A stretch of 64,000 nucleotides of DNA from a virus (taxonomy: Duplodnaviria > Caudoviricetes): positions 6,008 to 70,007 of IMG/VR virus record IMGVR_UViG_3300047672_000041; one strand, given 5' to 3'. Positions within the stretch are counted from its first letter, which is position 1. Every line of letters starts with the position of its first letter. This document shows positions 1 through 8,760 of this stretch, in pieces. Made by a program: the position numbers and the translations under genes. The notes below the pieces were generated by a model. It worked only from the letters and a program-made list of their open reading frames with translations, made no database searches and was not told the DNA's origin.

Positions 1-112
1 ACGGTCCGCTCGGTCGCGTCGAACAGGGTCGGGTCGGCGTCGAGGCAGGAAGCCCGGTCCCGCCAGCGGCCCAGCGGGGCGATCGCCGTCCCGCCGAGGC
101 GCATCCGGCCCC

Positions 113-430
113 TCATGCCGTCGCCCGCGCCCGGCCGCAGGTGGGGCAGACCGACGCGGGCTGGCCCTCGTCCCGGCGCAGCTCCCACGGCCAGGCGTTG
201 TCGAAGAATCGGCCCTCGCCGCCGTGCGCCCACTCGATGTAGATCCAGTGCAGGCTGCTGTGGGAGCTGTGGCGGGCGACGGCGCCGAACACGGGGTACC
301 GGCCGCCGCGCCAGATGACCCGCGTCCCGACCGGGGTCAGCGGCCGGGGCGCGCCTCCCTCGTCGCGGGGCGGCGCGCCGGGCGGGTCCAGCTCGGCGCG
401 CTGGCGCGACGTCAGGGTGGCCGCCGTCAC
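113..430 (-). CDS. hypothetical phage protein (C-terminal CxxC)
   Basis: ORF overlaps neighbour by 4 nt; CPTC near C-terminus. Confidence 0.6.
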   Translation of the reverse strand: MTAATLTSRQRAELDPPGAPPRDEGGAPRPLTPVGTRVIWRGGRYPVFGAVARHSSHSSLHWIYIEWAHGGEGRFFDNAWPWELRRDEGQPASVCPTCGRARATA

Positions 431-648
431 GTCTCCTCCCCGCGATCCCAGAAGGCGCGCTCGTCCCGGTCGGCGGCGCGGTCGGCGGCCTCCTCGTCGG
501 TCACCCCCCCGGGCGGCATCCCGGCCCGGTCCTCGCAGCGCGGGCAGACGTGGTCACGGGTGCAGGTGCAGCGCATGGGAACCTCCGGTCGGGGTAGGGC
601 GGCGAGCAGGGCGGCGGGCAGGGCGGCGGGCAGGGGGAGCGGCGCCAT
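427..648 (-). CDS. hypothetical Zn-binding protein
   Basis: CTC...CPRC motif; stop/start overlap. Confidence 0.5.
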   Translation of the reverse strand: MAPLPLPAALPAALLAALPRPEVPMRCTCTRDHVCPRCEDRAGMPPGGVTDEEAADRAADRDERAFWDRGEET

Positions 649-659
649 CGTCGGTCGGG

Positions 660-908
660 TCAGGTCGGTTCGTCGGGGGTGAGCCAGTCCTTCGCCCGGG
701 CCTCCCGCCAGGTCCCCCAGTTGGCCTGGGCGACCCGCTCGGCTCGGCCGTCCAGCACGCGGAGCCGGGCCTTGGCGTCGTGCAGCTCGGCGGTGAGGCG
801 GCGGTTCTCGGCGAGCGCCGCATCCCGCTCGGCGGTGAGGTCGACCACCGACTCGATGAGAGCCAGCTGGGTCCGGGCGAGCGCGGTCGGCGGATCGAGA
901 ATGCTCAT
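660..908 (-). CDS. hypothetical coiled-coil protein
   Basis: Heptad-like segment; ATGA overlap with upstream gene. Confidence 0.6.
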   Translation of the reverse strand: MSILDPPTALARTQLALIESVVDLTAERDAALAENRRLTAELHDAKARLRVLDGRAERVAQANWGTWREARAKDWLTPDEPT

Positions 909-1066
909 GGCTTCTTCCCCTTCTTGCGGTCGGCGGCGGTGATGGCGTGCTCGGTCTCGGCGATCCGTTTCTTGAGCGGCCCCCAGTGGGCCGAGCGGGT
1001 GCGTTCGAGCTGGCGTTTCATCTCGGCCAGGCGGCGGGCGTTCTGGTCCCGCTCGGACGCGCTCAC
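905..1066 (-). CDS. small hypothetical protein
   Basis: GTG start overlapping upstream TGA; MSASERDQ...KKGKKP. Confidence 0.55.
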   Translation of the reverse strand: MSASERDQNARRLAEMKRQLERTRSAHWGPLKKRIAETEHAITAADRKKGKKP

Positions 1067-1425
1067 GGGTCGATCACCTGCTCGCGGTAGGTCTTGCCGA
1101 GGCGCCGCAGCACGTCGATCACGTCGTCGACGGTGCGCCCGTCCGCGTCGTTCCAGGAGGCCGGGAACAGCGTCGCCCCGACCGCCCGCCCGACCACCGG
1201 GCGCAGGTCGAGCATCAGTAGCCCCGGCCGCAGCTCGGGCAGGGTGGTGTCGGCCGCCACCCGCAGCGCGGCCATCAGGCACAGCGGCAGCCCCGGCCGC
1301 CACGGCACCTCGTCCTTGCCGCCCGGCCACCGGTCGCCCTGGTGCCAGCCGTGGGTCAGGAGGAGGTCGGCGGCGGCGTCGCACACGGCGGCCCGGTCGG
1401 CGGCGGTCACGTCGTCGTAGTCCAT
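1063..1425 (-). CDS. DUF6197-like phage protein
   Basis: AADLLLTHGWHQG...CLMAAL...WND..GRT.DDVI pattern recalled for this family. Confidence 0.6.
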   Translation of the reverse strand: MDYDDVTAADRAAVCDAAADLLLTHGWHQGDRWPGGKDEVPWRPGLPLCLMAALRVAADTTLPELRPGLLMLDLRPVVGRAVGATLFPASWNDADGRTVDDVIDVLRRLGKTYREQVIDP

Positions 1426-1847
1426 CAGAACGGCACCTCTTCCCCGGCGCCGCCGTCGGGGGCGGGCCGGACCCGGCCGGTGCGGTGGTCGATCGCGTTC
1501 GGCGGCAGCAGCCAGCACTCCCGGTGGATCACACAGCCCGAGCACAGGCACAACGGCCAGGTGCCCGGGTACTCGTCGCGCGGGTAGGCCACTTGGTGGC
1601 CCTGCAGGGCCCGCCACGCGGCGTCGCTCTGGTAGCGCAGCTCGTTCGTCATGTCGGCGAGCCGCTCAGCCCACTCGGCCTCGCGGCAGTCACACGCCAC
1701 GTGATGATCGAGACAGGCGGCCCAGCGGGGGTCCATCGTGTCGCGGGGCGGGGCGTAGATCACGAACGGGCGGGCGGTGGTCAGCGGGCTGTACCGATGC
1801 GGGCCGCCGTGGAACGTCGTGATCGGGCCGACCAGATCGGTGCTCAC
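1425..1847 (-). CDS. hypothetical protein, Cys/His clusters
   Basis: HHVACDC and CLCSGC motifs; coupled ORF. Confidence 0.6.
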   Translation of the reverse strand: MSTDLVGPITTFHGGPHRYSPLTTARPFVIYAPPRDTMDPRWAACLDHHVACDCREAEWAERLADMTNELRYQSDAAWRALQGHQVAYPRDEYPGTWPLCLCSGCVIHRECWLLPPNAIDHRTGRVRPAPDGGAGEEVPF

Positions 1848-2149
1848 GACGCGCTCCCGGCGGTGGGCGCGAGCCCGTGACGCACGTCGGACGGGATCGC
1901 CCAGAGATCCGGCGCGTGCAGCGCCCGGCGGACCGCCTCGTGGCAGTCCGCCGCCTCGGCCAGGCGCGTCGCCGCCGCGTCCATGGCCCGCTGCGCCTCC
2001 TCCATCTCGTCGCGGGTGGCCTCCGTCGGTGCCTCCAGGAACGTGAAGGAAGCGGCGTTGCGCGCCTCGATCGACGCGAGGTAGGCGGCGTGCGCGTCGT
2101 GCACCCGAGCCGCGAGGGCGTTGAGCGCGTCGGCGGCGGCGTCACTCAT
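1844..2149 (-). CDS. hypothetical helical protein
   Basis: Coupled ORF, typical codon usage. Confidence 0.6.
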   Translation of the reverse strand: MSDAAADALNALAARVHDAHAAYLASIEARNAASFTFLEAPTEATRDEMEEAQRAMDAAATRLAEAADCHEAVRRALHAPDLWAIPSDVRHGLAPTAGSAS

Positions 2150-2379
2150 GACAGCACCGTCCCGGTCCAGACGGCGCCGGTGATCTCGGCGAGCGCGGCG
2201 GCGGCGAGCCGGTAGTCGATCTCGGCCTGGACGAGGGCGGTGGCGGACCGGTGCCCGCCGTGGACCCGCCAGTCGTCGCGGGCCCGCATCCGCTCGCGGC
2301 GGGCGTCGAGTTCAGCGGTGGCGGCGGCCTGGACGGCGGCCCGGGACGGCGCAGCGGGTGTGTCGGGTGAGGTGGCCAT
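2146..2379 (-). CDS. hypothetical protein, leaderless start
   Basis: ATG 7 nt downstream of CAAAAT -10-like box. Confidence 0.6.
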   Translation of the reverse strand: MATSPDTPAAPSRAAVQAAATAELDARRERMRARDDWRVHGGHRSATALVQAEIDYRLAAAALAEITGAVWTGTVLS

Positions 2380-2416
2380 AGGGACTATTTTGTCCCTTCG
2401 TGGCGGGTCCAGTCAA
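2380..2416 (-). promoter_or_regulatory. leaderless promoter with palindromic operator GGGAC-AAAATA-GTCCC
   Basis: TTGACT-N18-CAAAAT-N7-ATG on minus strand; inverted repeat at 2381-2396. Confidence 0.6.
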
Positions 2417-2523
2417 CCCTCAGCCCACCACGGTGGCCCCTCCCGGCTACCCGCGACCGGTCCATGGCTGGTCACGGCCTCGCGCGCCCGACCCGGCGGC
2501 GCAGCCACCACGGCCGTTCCAGC

Positions 2524-2775
2524 TCAGCCAGCCGCAGCTCGGCCAGATCGTTCCGCCGCCGCTCCCGGGCCAGCTGCATCCGCAGGATCCCGATCCACCG
2601 GCGCGCATCGTCGAGGTTGAGCACCTGCGGCAGCTCCGTCTCCGGCATCGGCCACCTCCCGGGTCAGGGTCTCCCGGCGGCGCCGCAGCCACGGCCCGAG
2701 GACCACAGCGGCGAGCGCGGCCAGGACCAGCCACGCGCCCAGGACCAGCACGACCCAGGCCAGGACGACCACCAC
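2524..2775 (-). CDS. small membrane protein
   Basis: N-terminal hydrophobic helix followed by RRRR. Confidence 0.55.
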   Translation of the reverse strand: MVVVLAWVVLVLGAWLVLAALAAVVLGPWLRRRRETLTREVADAGDGAAAGAQPRRCAPVDRDPADAAGPGAAAERSGRAAAG

Positions 2776-2815
2776 GGGCGCGGACCGTAGCAGACACGAC
2801 GCGCCACGCGGCCGG

Positions 2816-3100
2816 TCATGGCCGGTCGCGGACCCAGGCCTGGTAGGCGGTCACCGCCTCCCGCAGCTCCCCGTCGCCGTCCGCACCGGCCGTGTAGGTC
2901 AGCGCCGCGTTGACCACCAGCGCGGCGGCGGCCATCTCCAGCCGCAGGATCGGCAGCTCGCACCGCGCGCACGGGACCAGCGGGTAGCACCACTCCGAGC
3001 AGTCGAAGCACCAGGCCCGGTGCGGCCCGGCCGTGTGGTGCGCGCCGCACTCCCGCCCCCGGTGCCCGACGAAGTTGAGGACCGGGCCCGGCTCACTCAT
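2816..3100 (-). CDS. hypothetical Zn-finger protein
   Basis: C..H, CFDC, CARC motifs. Confidence 0.55.
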   Translation of the reverse strand: MSEPGPVLNFVGHRGRECGAHHTAGPHRAWCFDCSEWCYPLVPCARCELPILRLEMAAAALVVNAALTYTAGADGDGELREAVTAYQAWVRDRP

Positions 3101-3392
3101 CCCCGCCGTCACCCTCGGCCGGTGCGGTGGCGGCGGTCCCGGCCATCACCGACCAGGCGATCACCCAGCCGTCCAGCCCGCACCGCCACAGCCGCCCCTG
3201 ACAGCCGCAACCCCGGTACGCCCCGACCAGGTCACCGGGTACCACCGCCGACCAGCGGATCGGGCGCCCACAGTCCACACAGCCCGGCCACGACTCGCTC
3301 ACCTGGTGCTGGTACACGGCCCGGCCGACCGTGCGGGCGGCGGCCCGGGCCCGGGTGTTGGACCGGTCGATCTCGGTCCCGAGACGGCTCAC
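3093..3392 (-). CDS. hypothetical Zn-ribbon protein
   Basis: CVDC and CGC motifs; overlap with neighbours. Confidence 0.5.
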   Translation of the reverse strand: MSRLGTEIDRSNTRARAAARTVGRAVYQHQVSESWPGCVDCGRPIRWSAVVPGDLVGAYRGCGCQGRLWRCGLDGWVIAWSVMAGTAATAPAEGDGGDE

Positions 3393-3709
3393 AGGGCGGT
3401 CATCTCGGCGGCGATCGCGTCCCGGCGGACCTCCAGCCCCCACAGCTCGCGCAGCATCCCGGCCAGCGGGGTCCCGCACTCGTTGGCCAGCGCCCACCCG
3501 ATCGGCGCCGCCTCGGCGTCGTACCGGTCCCACACCACGCCCCCGGCGTAGATCGGGTCGGCCTCGATCAGCGCCAGCAGCGCCGCCGGGGACGCCGCCG
3601 CCGCCGCCGACCGCAGGCTCAGCCCGGCCGGGTGGTGGGGGACCGGGCTCGGCCGGTGGCGCACCGCCACCTCGGCCGTCGTCGTGCGATCATGCGCGTG
3701 CGAGTCCAT
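3389..3709 (-). CDS. hypothetical protein
   Basis: ORF with phage-like coupling. Confidence 0.5.
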   Translation of the reverse strand: MDSHAHDRTTTAEVAVRHRPSPVPHHPAGLSLRSAAAAASPAALLALIEADPIYAGGVVWDRYDAEAAPIGWALANECGTPLAGMLRELWGLEVRRDAIAAEMTAL

Positions 3710-3827
3710 GGGGAGGTGGCCCTTCTGGTGGGGTCGTCGGCCGGTGCCCCGGCCGCGCGTGTCGTGCCTACCCGATGGGTGCGGCGGCGGCGCGCGGCGG
3801 GGTGCCGCGTCCGCTGACCGGGAGGGG

Positions 3828-4070
3828 TCAGGCGACGTCGGCCTCGACCCGGTCGGGGCGCGAGATGTCCTCGACCCGGCACCGCAGGGCCCGGGCGATG
3901 TCGCGGGCCATCCGGTCCGACGGCCAGCGGCGGCCCAGCGGCGGCCCGAGTTCGAGCACCTTCAGATACGACTCGGAGATGCCGGAGCGGTCGCGGAACT
4001 GGCGGCGGGTCATCCCCAGCGCCTCGCGCCGTGCCTTCACCTCGGCGCCGTCAAACTGTCGCGTCTTCAC
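3828..4070 (-). CDS. Cro-like XRE-family HTH regulator
   Basis: VKARREALGMTRRQFRDRSGISESYLKVLELG HTH; divergent from repressor; GTG 7 nt after CAAAAT. Confidence 0.85.
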   Translation of the reverse strand: MKTRQFDGAEVKARREALGMTRRQFRDRSGISESYLKVLELGPPLGRRWPSDRMARDIARALRCRVEDISRPDRVEADVA

Positions 4071-4233
4071 GGGGCCTATTTTGTCCTGTCGCCGACCGGG
4101 CCGCAACATCATCCCGCCCCCCCGACCGGACGATCCCGGAGGTCCGACGTCAGACAGGGAGGGTGCGCCCGGACACCCCCAGCCGCCGTCCGGTCGGTGG
4201 CGGGGCGTGACCGGAGGTGTCACGCTAGGCCAC

Positions 4234-4752
4234 GTGACGGGGACAAACGCCAGCAACGGCCACCGCGACCATCGTCGCGACCGCCGCCGCCCACTGCGCC
4301 CGGACGAGATCGCCTACCCGGCGGCCACCGTCCGGACCGCCCGCCAGCGCGCCCACCTCGAACAGGAGGACGTCGTGGCCCGGGTCGGGACGTCCATGCG
4401 GACCGTGACCCGCTGGGAGCGCGTCGGCGTGCCCTACCGCGCCCGCTACCTGGGCCGGGTCGAGGACGTCCTCGGGCTGGGCCCGTTCGCCGAGCGCGGC
4501 CCCGCCCCGGCCCCGGCGCGGCCCGCTCCGCCGGTGGCGCCGCCCGCCCTGCCGCCGCCGCGCCCCGATATCGGCGTGTTCACCATGGGGGAACTGCTCG
4601 GCGAGATCGCCCGCCGCCACGCCGCGCTGGAGGCCGGGCACCTCGCCCCGCCGACCGCGCCCGCCGCCGCCTACTACCGGTGGTCGCTCGCCGACGCCCC
4701 GTCCGCCCAGCTGGCCGACACGCCGGTCACCCATAGTTCCGACCGGGCCTGA
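4234..4752 (+). CDS. immunity repressor, XRE-family HTH
   Basis: VRTARQRAHLEQEDVVARVGTSMRTVTRWERVG; divergent from Cro-like gene; start inferred. Confidence 0.8.
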   Translation: MTGTNASNGHRDHRRDRRRPLRPDEIAYPAATVRTARQRAHLEQEDVVARVGTSMRTVTRWERVGVPYRARYLGRVEDVLGLGPFAERGPAPAPARPAPPVAPPALPPPRPDIGVFTMGELLGEIARRHAALEAGHLAPPTAPAAAYYRWSLADAPSAQLADTPVTHSSDRA

Positions 4753-4856
4753 TGCCGTAACGTCCGGATCCTCCCGCACCCGGCCCAGACCCCGCCGGTA
4801 GCACCTGTACCGCTGCTCGCTGCCCTTGGACAACCGGCACCCCTGGGGGACTGAAA

Positions 4857-5195
4857 GTGACCTCGCCGTCGCGGCATGCCCTACCGTCCCGACTCCCCGC
4901 CCTGACCGCCGCCGCGCGGCGCCTGCAGCTCGACCACGGCATCACCGTCGTCCCGACCGAGAATCTCCCGCCCGGCGTGCTGGGCGAGCTGGACCTGCCC
5001 GGCGGGGTCCTCACCGCCGACACCCGCGCCGCCGAGGGCGATCAGGCGTGGCTGTTGGCCGACGCGCTCGCGTTGCTCGCGGTCGGGGATGCCGCCAGCG
5101 CCGCGCACCCGGTCGCGGACCCGCCGCCGGTGCCGGTGCCGCTGCTCACGCTGGCCCGGCTCCCCGGCGGGCGGCACCCCTCCCGGGGCCGGTAG
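4857..5195 (+). CDS. ImmA/IrrE-like protein lacking HExxH
   Basis: ITVVPTENLPPGVLGELD...LLADALAL at the usual LAHEL.H position; directly after repressor. Confidence 0.5.
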   Translation: MTSPSRHALPSRLPALTAAARRLQLDHGITVVPTENLPPGVLGELDLPGGVLTADTRAAEGDQAWLLADALALLAVGDAASAAHPVADPPPVPVPLLTLARLPGGRHPSRGR

Positions 5196-5201
5196 CCGCG
5201 C

Positions 5202-5342
5202 CTAGGTGCGGGCCGCCACCGGATGGCAGGTCAACGCCGGACCGGCCGGGGCGAGCACCCGCTGCTCCCCGTACCCCGGGGAGCACCCGGCCACCGCCAC
5301 CGCCAGCAGCAGCAGCCCGAACAGGATCGCGGCGATCACCAT
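5202..5342 (-). CDS. small putative lipoprotein
   Basis: Hydrophobic signal plus lipobox VAG-C. Confidence 0.5.
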   Translation of the reverse strand: MVIAAILFGLLLLAVAVAGCSPGYGEQRVLAPAGPALTCHPVAART

Positions 5343-5377
5343 GTAGCCCGACCCCAGCAGCGGGGCGTGTCGTTGCG

Positions 5378-6340
5378 TCACCAGGGCACTATGCGGCGCA
5401 GCACCCCATCCAGGATCCGGGCCGGGTCCACCGTCGGTGGGTGGTACCCGTCGTACAGGTTGGCGGCCTCCAGCCAGCCCGGCTCGTCGGTCCGCAGCGC
5501 CAGGATCTGCCCGGCGATCATGTCCTGCTGCGGTAGCCGCCCCTCGGTCGGGTCGTAGGCCCTCGGGTGGCAGCACAGCCGCCCCCCGTAGTCCCCGTCC
5601 GGGTGATACCAGCGCACGTTCCCGTCGACGTGCCACGGGTCGACCTCGTACCGGGTGCCGTGCGACCCGACGACCGGGATCGGCGCGTTCCGGTCGAGCG
5701 CGCGGAGCTGGGCCGGGGACAGCAGCGACCGCAGCCCCGCGTCCGCCCGCGCGGCGGCCTTCTCCCGCGCCTCCAGCAGCCGCCGGGTCTCGGCCTGCAC
5801 CCGCGCGGCCCGGGCGCTGGCCTGCGCCGGGGTCTCCACCGGCGGCGCCGCCCGGGCGGCGGCGGCGAGCCCGCCCGCGCGCCACGCCGTCGGGGCGATC
5901 CCGGACCAGGCCGGGTCCTCGGGCGGCCGTCGCCGCCGGACGTGGCGCAGCACGTCCCGCCAGAACGGCGCCGCGTCCGGCCGCCAGTCGACCGTGATCC
6001 CGCCCGGCTCGAACACGACCGTCGTCCCCCGGTACGCCTCCGGGTCGGTGGTGCCGGTGGGGACGAGGGTGACCCGGCCCGTCCCGGCCAGGGTCGACAC
6101 CCCGTCGACGGTCCCCTCCCACCCCACGTCGTGGGTCGTCCGCCCGTCCCGCCCGTAGTGGGTCGAGAGGTGCAGCCGGGTCACCGCGAACCCCGGCACC
6201 GGGCGGTCCCCGTCGGCCACCAGCCGGGCCACCGCCTGCTCGACCATCGCGCCGAGCACCTGCTCCAGCGTGTCCGCGTCCAGGGTCGTCCCCGGCGGGT
6301 GAGCCACCATCACCTGCACCGGCGGCGGTGGCGGCGGCAA
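5378..6340 (-). CDS. hypothetical protein with C-terminal Cys-His domain (RLCCHP); partner of the Gly-Gly protein
   Basis: 320-aa ORF starting 3 nt after upstream stop; exact start uncertain. Confidence 0.75.
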   Translation of the reverse strand: MPPPPPPVQVMVAHPPGTTLDADTLEQVLGAMVEQAVARLVADGDRPVPGFAVTRLHLSTHYGRDGRTTHDVGWEGTVDGVSTLAGTGRVTLVPTGTTDPEAYRGTTVVFEPGGITVDWRPDAAPFWRDVLRHVRRRRPPEDPAWSGIAPTAWRAGGLAAAARAAPPVETPAQASARAARVQAETRRLLEAREKAAARADAGLRSLLSPAQLRALDRNAPIPVVGSHGTRYEVDPWHVDGNVRWYHPDGDYGGRLCCHPRAYDPTEGRLPQQDMIAGQILALRTDEPGWLEAANLYDGYHPPTVDPARILDGVLRRIVPW

Positions 6341-6343
6341 CGC

Positions 6344-6574
6344 TCAGCCGCCCTGGTGCTGCGGGGTCATCCACGTCTCCCGGGCCGCCGGGTCGAACGC
6401 GGTGACCTTCTCGAAGTCGTCCGGGCCGTTGACCGTGTACGCCAGGTACTTGGCGTCGGTCATCGCGGCGAACACCGCCTCGGCCTCGGCGATCGCGGCG
6501 GCGTCGTCGGTCCGCCACAGCGTCGTCGTGTCCCCGTGCCGGTCGTGTACGTGCAACGCATGCGTCTCGGCCAC
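6344..6574 (-). CDS. small protein with C-terminal di-glycine, predicted beta-grasp (ubiquitin-like)
   Basis: GAGGAG RBS plus GTG; 76 aa ending QHQGG-stop. Confidence 0.75.
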   Translation of the reverse strand: MAETHALHVHDRHGDTTTLWRTDDAAAIAEAEAVFAAMTDAKYLAYTVNGPDDFEKVTAFDPAARETWMTPQHQGG

Positions 6575-6821
6575 TTGCCGTCTCCTCGTCCCCGGTGATG
6601 TGTCAGGAATCCAGCCCGGCGACCCTAGCCGATCCCCCCGACAGGACGGCCCCACCCCGCCGGGCCCGGCGCCGAACGGGCCGCTACCGTGGATCCCGCC
6701 CGGGGATCACTGCACCTTCGCCCCGGGTCGGGCGCGGAGTGATGACCGCGTCTCGGTGAGGTCGAACTGCTGTGCGGCACGACTCGTGGGACCACTCCCG
6801 GTGGGGGTTCACCCACAGCGG

Positions 6822-6858
6822 CGGCCCCGCCCGGGAAGTGGAAACCCGGGCGGGGCCG
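6822..6858. terminator. GC-rich hairpin, putative terminator
   Basis: 14-bp perfect inverted repeat CGGCCCCGCCCGGG with 9-nt loop, after gene 6880-7206. Confidence 0.65.
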
Positions 6859-6879
6859 TCTGCGTGCGGGGGGGTCGGG

Positions 6880-7206
6880 TCAGCCGATCGTCATGCCGTG
6901 CGCCCCCTCGGCCTGGGCCAGGGCGACCGGGTCCGGCTGCGCCTCGTGGCCGAGGACCCGCTCCCGGGTGCCGGGCCAGAGCACGAACTCGGTGGTCCGT
7001 CCGGTGCTGCCGACCGGCCGGGCGTGGACCACGTAACCGACCGGGCCCCCGGCCATGTCGGTCCGCACCCAGACCGGGGCGACGACGACGAAGTTGGATC
7101 CGGTGGTGCCGAACACGTCGCCGGGGCACAGGTCGCACGGGTGCACCTCGATCGGGTAGCGGCGGCGGTCGTGGCGGGGTCGTAGGGGGCCGGTGGTGGC
7201 GGTCAT
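6880..7206 (-). CDS. hypothetical protein
   Basis: Preceded by the conserved CCCTCACCGAAGGAG leader. Confidence 0.7.
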   Translation of the reverse strand: MTATTGPLRPRHDRRRYPIEVHPCDLCPGDVFGTTGSNFVVVAPVWVRTDMAGGPVGYVVHARPVGSTGRTTEFVLWPGTRERVLGHEAQPDPVALAQAEGAHGMTIG

Positions 7207-7233
7207 GGTGATCTCCTTCGGTGAGGGGTCGAG

Positions 7234-7413
7234 CTAGCGGGCGGCGGTGGGGGCGGCGGTGACCCGCTCGGCGGTCACGTAGTCGTTGACCAGGTCGCGC
7301 GTGCAGGCGACCGCGTAGATCGGGCCCTCGCCGTAGCGGCCCTCGTGGGAGTACTCGGCGACGTGGGTGGCCCCGCAGAACTCGCAGGTGACGGTGAACT
7401 CGGTCGCGGTCAT
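7234..7413 (-). CDS. small Zn-ribbon-like protein (59 aa), leaderless; not in ORF track
   Basis: MTATEFTVTCEFCGATH...; ATG 7 nt after TAGACT. Confidence 0.65.
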   Translation of the reverse strand: MTATEFTVTCEFCGATHVAEYSHEGRYGEGPIYAVACTRDLVNDYVTAERVTAAPTAAR

Positions 7414-7449
7414 AGCGCCGAGTCTACACGTCCAGTAGCCGCGTGTCTA
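7414..7449 (-). promoter_or_regulatory. TAGAC-class promoter 1 (TAGACA-N17-TAGACT)
   Basis: Near-identical to 57351-57386. Confidence 0.75.
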
Positions 7450-8055
7450 TCCGATGGCGAGTTGGAGCCAGTCGTGCACCGGTTCGTACATCCCCCCGAA
7501 GGGCGCGAACGCCGCATCCGCCTCGGCGAGGGACACCCACCGCACAGCGGTCAACTCGTCGGCGTCGCCGACGAACACGGCAGCATCCCCGACCGGCTCC
7601 CCCGCCACATAGATCATCGTGCGCAGCGTGCGCGGATGCACCCGCCGCCCCAGCTCCTGCACCGCCCGGACCCGTAGCCCCGACTCCTCCTTCACCTCGC
7701 GGACCATCGCGTCCAGCGCCGACTCCCCCGGCTCGATCTCGCCGGACAGGAACCCCGCCGGGGGCGACTTGTCCCGCCGCCACGTCACCAGCATTCGACC
7801 CTCGAACGTGACCACCGCCGCCACCACCGGCTGCGGCTCCGGCCGCCCCGCCTCCGCCTCCGCCTGACCCGCCACCCAACCGCTCCCTTTCTTCCGCAGC
7901 TGGCGCCGCAGCTCCGCCAGGTCCCACTTCAACCAGCCGCCCGGCGTCACCACCGCCGGGACCACCACCCCGTCCCGCGCCCACCGGGTCAGCGAGCGCC
8001 GCGACACCCCCAGAGTCCGCGCGGCCACCGCCGAACTCACCAGGTGATCGGTCAT
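7447..8055 (-). CDS. MerR/excisionase-type HTH fused to a NUDIX hydrolase
   Basis: AARTLGVSRRSLTRWARDG HTH; Nudix box GEIEPGESALDAMVREVKEESGL. Confidence 0.85.
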   Translation of the reverse strand: MTDHLVSSAVAARTLGVSRRSLTRWARDGVVVPAVVTPGGWLKWDLAELRRQLRKKGSGWVAGQAEAEAGRPEPQPVVAAVVTFEGRMLVTWRRDKSPPAGFLSGEIEPGESALDAMVREVKEESGLRVRAVQELGRRVHPRTLRTMIYVAGEPVGDAAVFVGDADELTAVRWVSLAEADAAFAPFGGMYEPVHDWLQLAIG

Positions 8056-8176
8056 GGCCGCGAGTGTCGCACCTGGCGCCGTCTGGCCGCACCTCACCCG
8101 TGTAGCCCTTCGCGGCCCGGCGCGGCTAATCTGACCCCTCTCGTCCCGACTGACCCGCCCCCTCACCGGAGGACCC

Positions 8177-8371
8177 GTGCTCACCCTCACCCGCTGCCGC
8201 GACTGCGGCCGACACGAACCCCAACCGCCCGTGACCGTCGTCGACGGCGACGGCGCGACCAGCGTGTCGTGCGCGCTGTGCGCGATGGCCGTGGTCGGCG
8301 ACGCCGCCGAGCCCGTCACCCTGGTCCTGGCCGCCGCCGCGACCGCCCCCCTCATCCGGAAGGACGCCTAG
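8177..8371 (+). CDS. small Zn-finger protein
   Basis: CRDC and CALC; GGAGG RBS. Confidence 0.65.
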   Translation: MLTLTRCRDCGRHEPQPPVTVVDGDGATSVSCALCAMAVVGDAAEPVTLVLAAAATAPLIRKDA

Positions 8372-8377
8372 ATCATC

Positions 8378-8524
8378 ATGGGAGTATTCAAGGTCACCCG
8401 GTGCCCGTGCGGGTCCGGCAACGACGTCCGGTACTGCCACTGCAAGCGCCTCGGCAAGGCCGGGATCACCCACAACGGCCGTCGCGTCCCCGCGCCCAAG
8501 GTCCCCCGGAAGAAGATCCGGTGA
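8378..8524 (+). CDS. 48-aa SEC-C-like Zn-binding basic peptide; not in ORF track
   Basis: CPCGSG...YCHC motif; stop overlaps next GTG. Confidence 0.55.
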   Translation: MGVFKVTRCPCGSGNDVRYCHCKRLGKAGITHNGRRVPAPKVPRKKIR

Positions 8525-8760
8525 CCGGCCGCAACGGCGCCAGCCGCACCACACCCGTCTACCTCGTCGTCCCGGAACTGGCCGAGATGGTCGCCGCGTC
8601 CCTGCGCCGCGACGCCGACGCCCAGGCCGCCGCCGCCGCCGACACCGACCGCACCGCCCTCACCGCCCCGCTGATCGCACTGATCCGCCGGTGCGCCGCC
8701 CAGACCGACCCCTACGCCGACCCCGGCCGGGCCGTCACACCCGACGAGGCCAAGCCATGA
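8521..8760 (+). CDS. hypothetical protein
   Basis: GTGA and ATGA coupling on both sides. Confidence 0.6.
   Translation: MTGRNGASRTTPVYLVVPELAEMVAASLRRDADAQAAAAADTDRTALTAPLIALIRRCAAQTDPYADPGRAVTPDEAKP

Noticed and set aside
6575-6820. Structured ncRNA or riboswitch upstream of the Gly-Gly gene
   Set aside because: The gap is unexplained, but no recognisable RNA motif is present; GC-rich hairpins are expected by chance.
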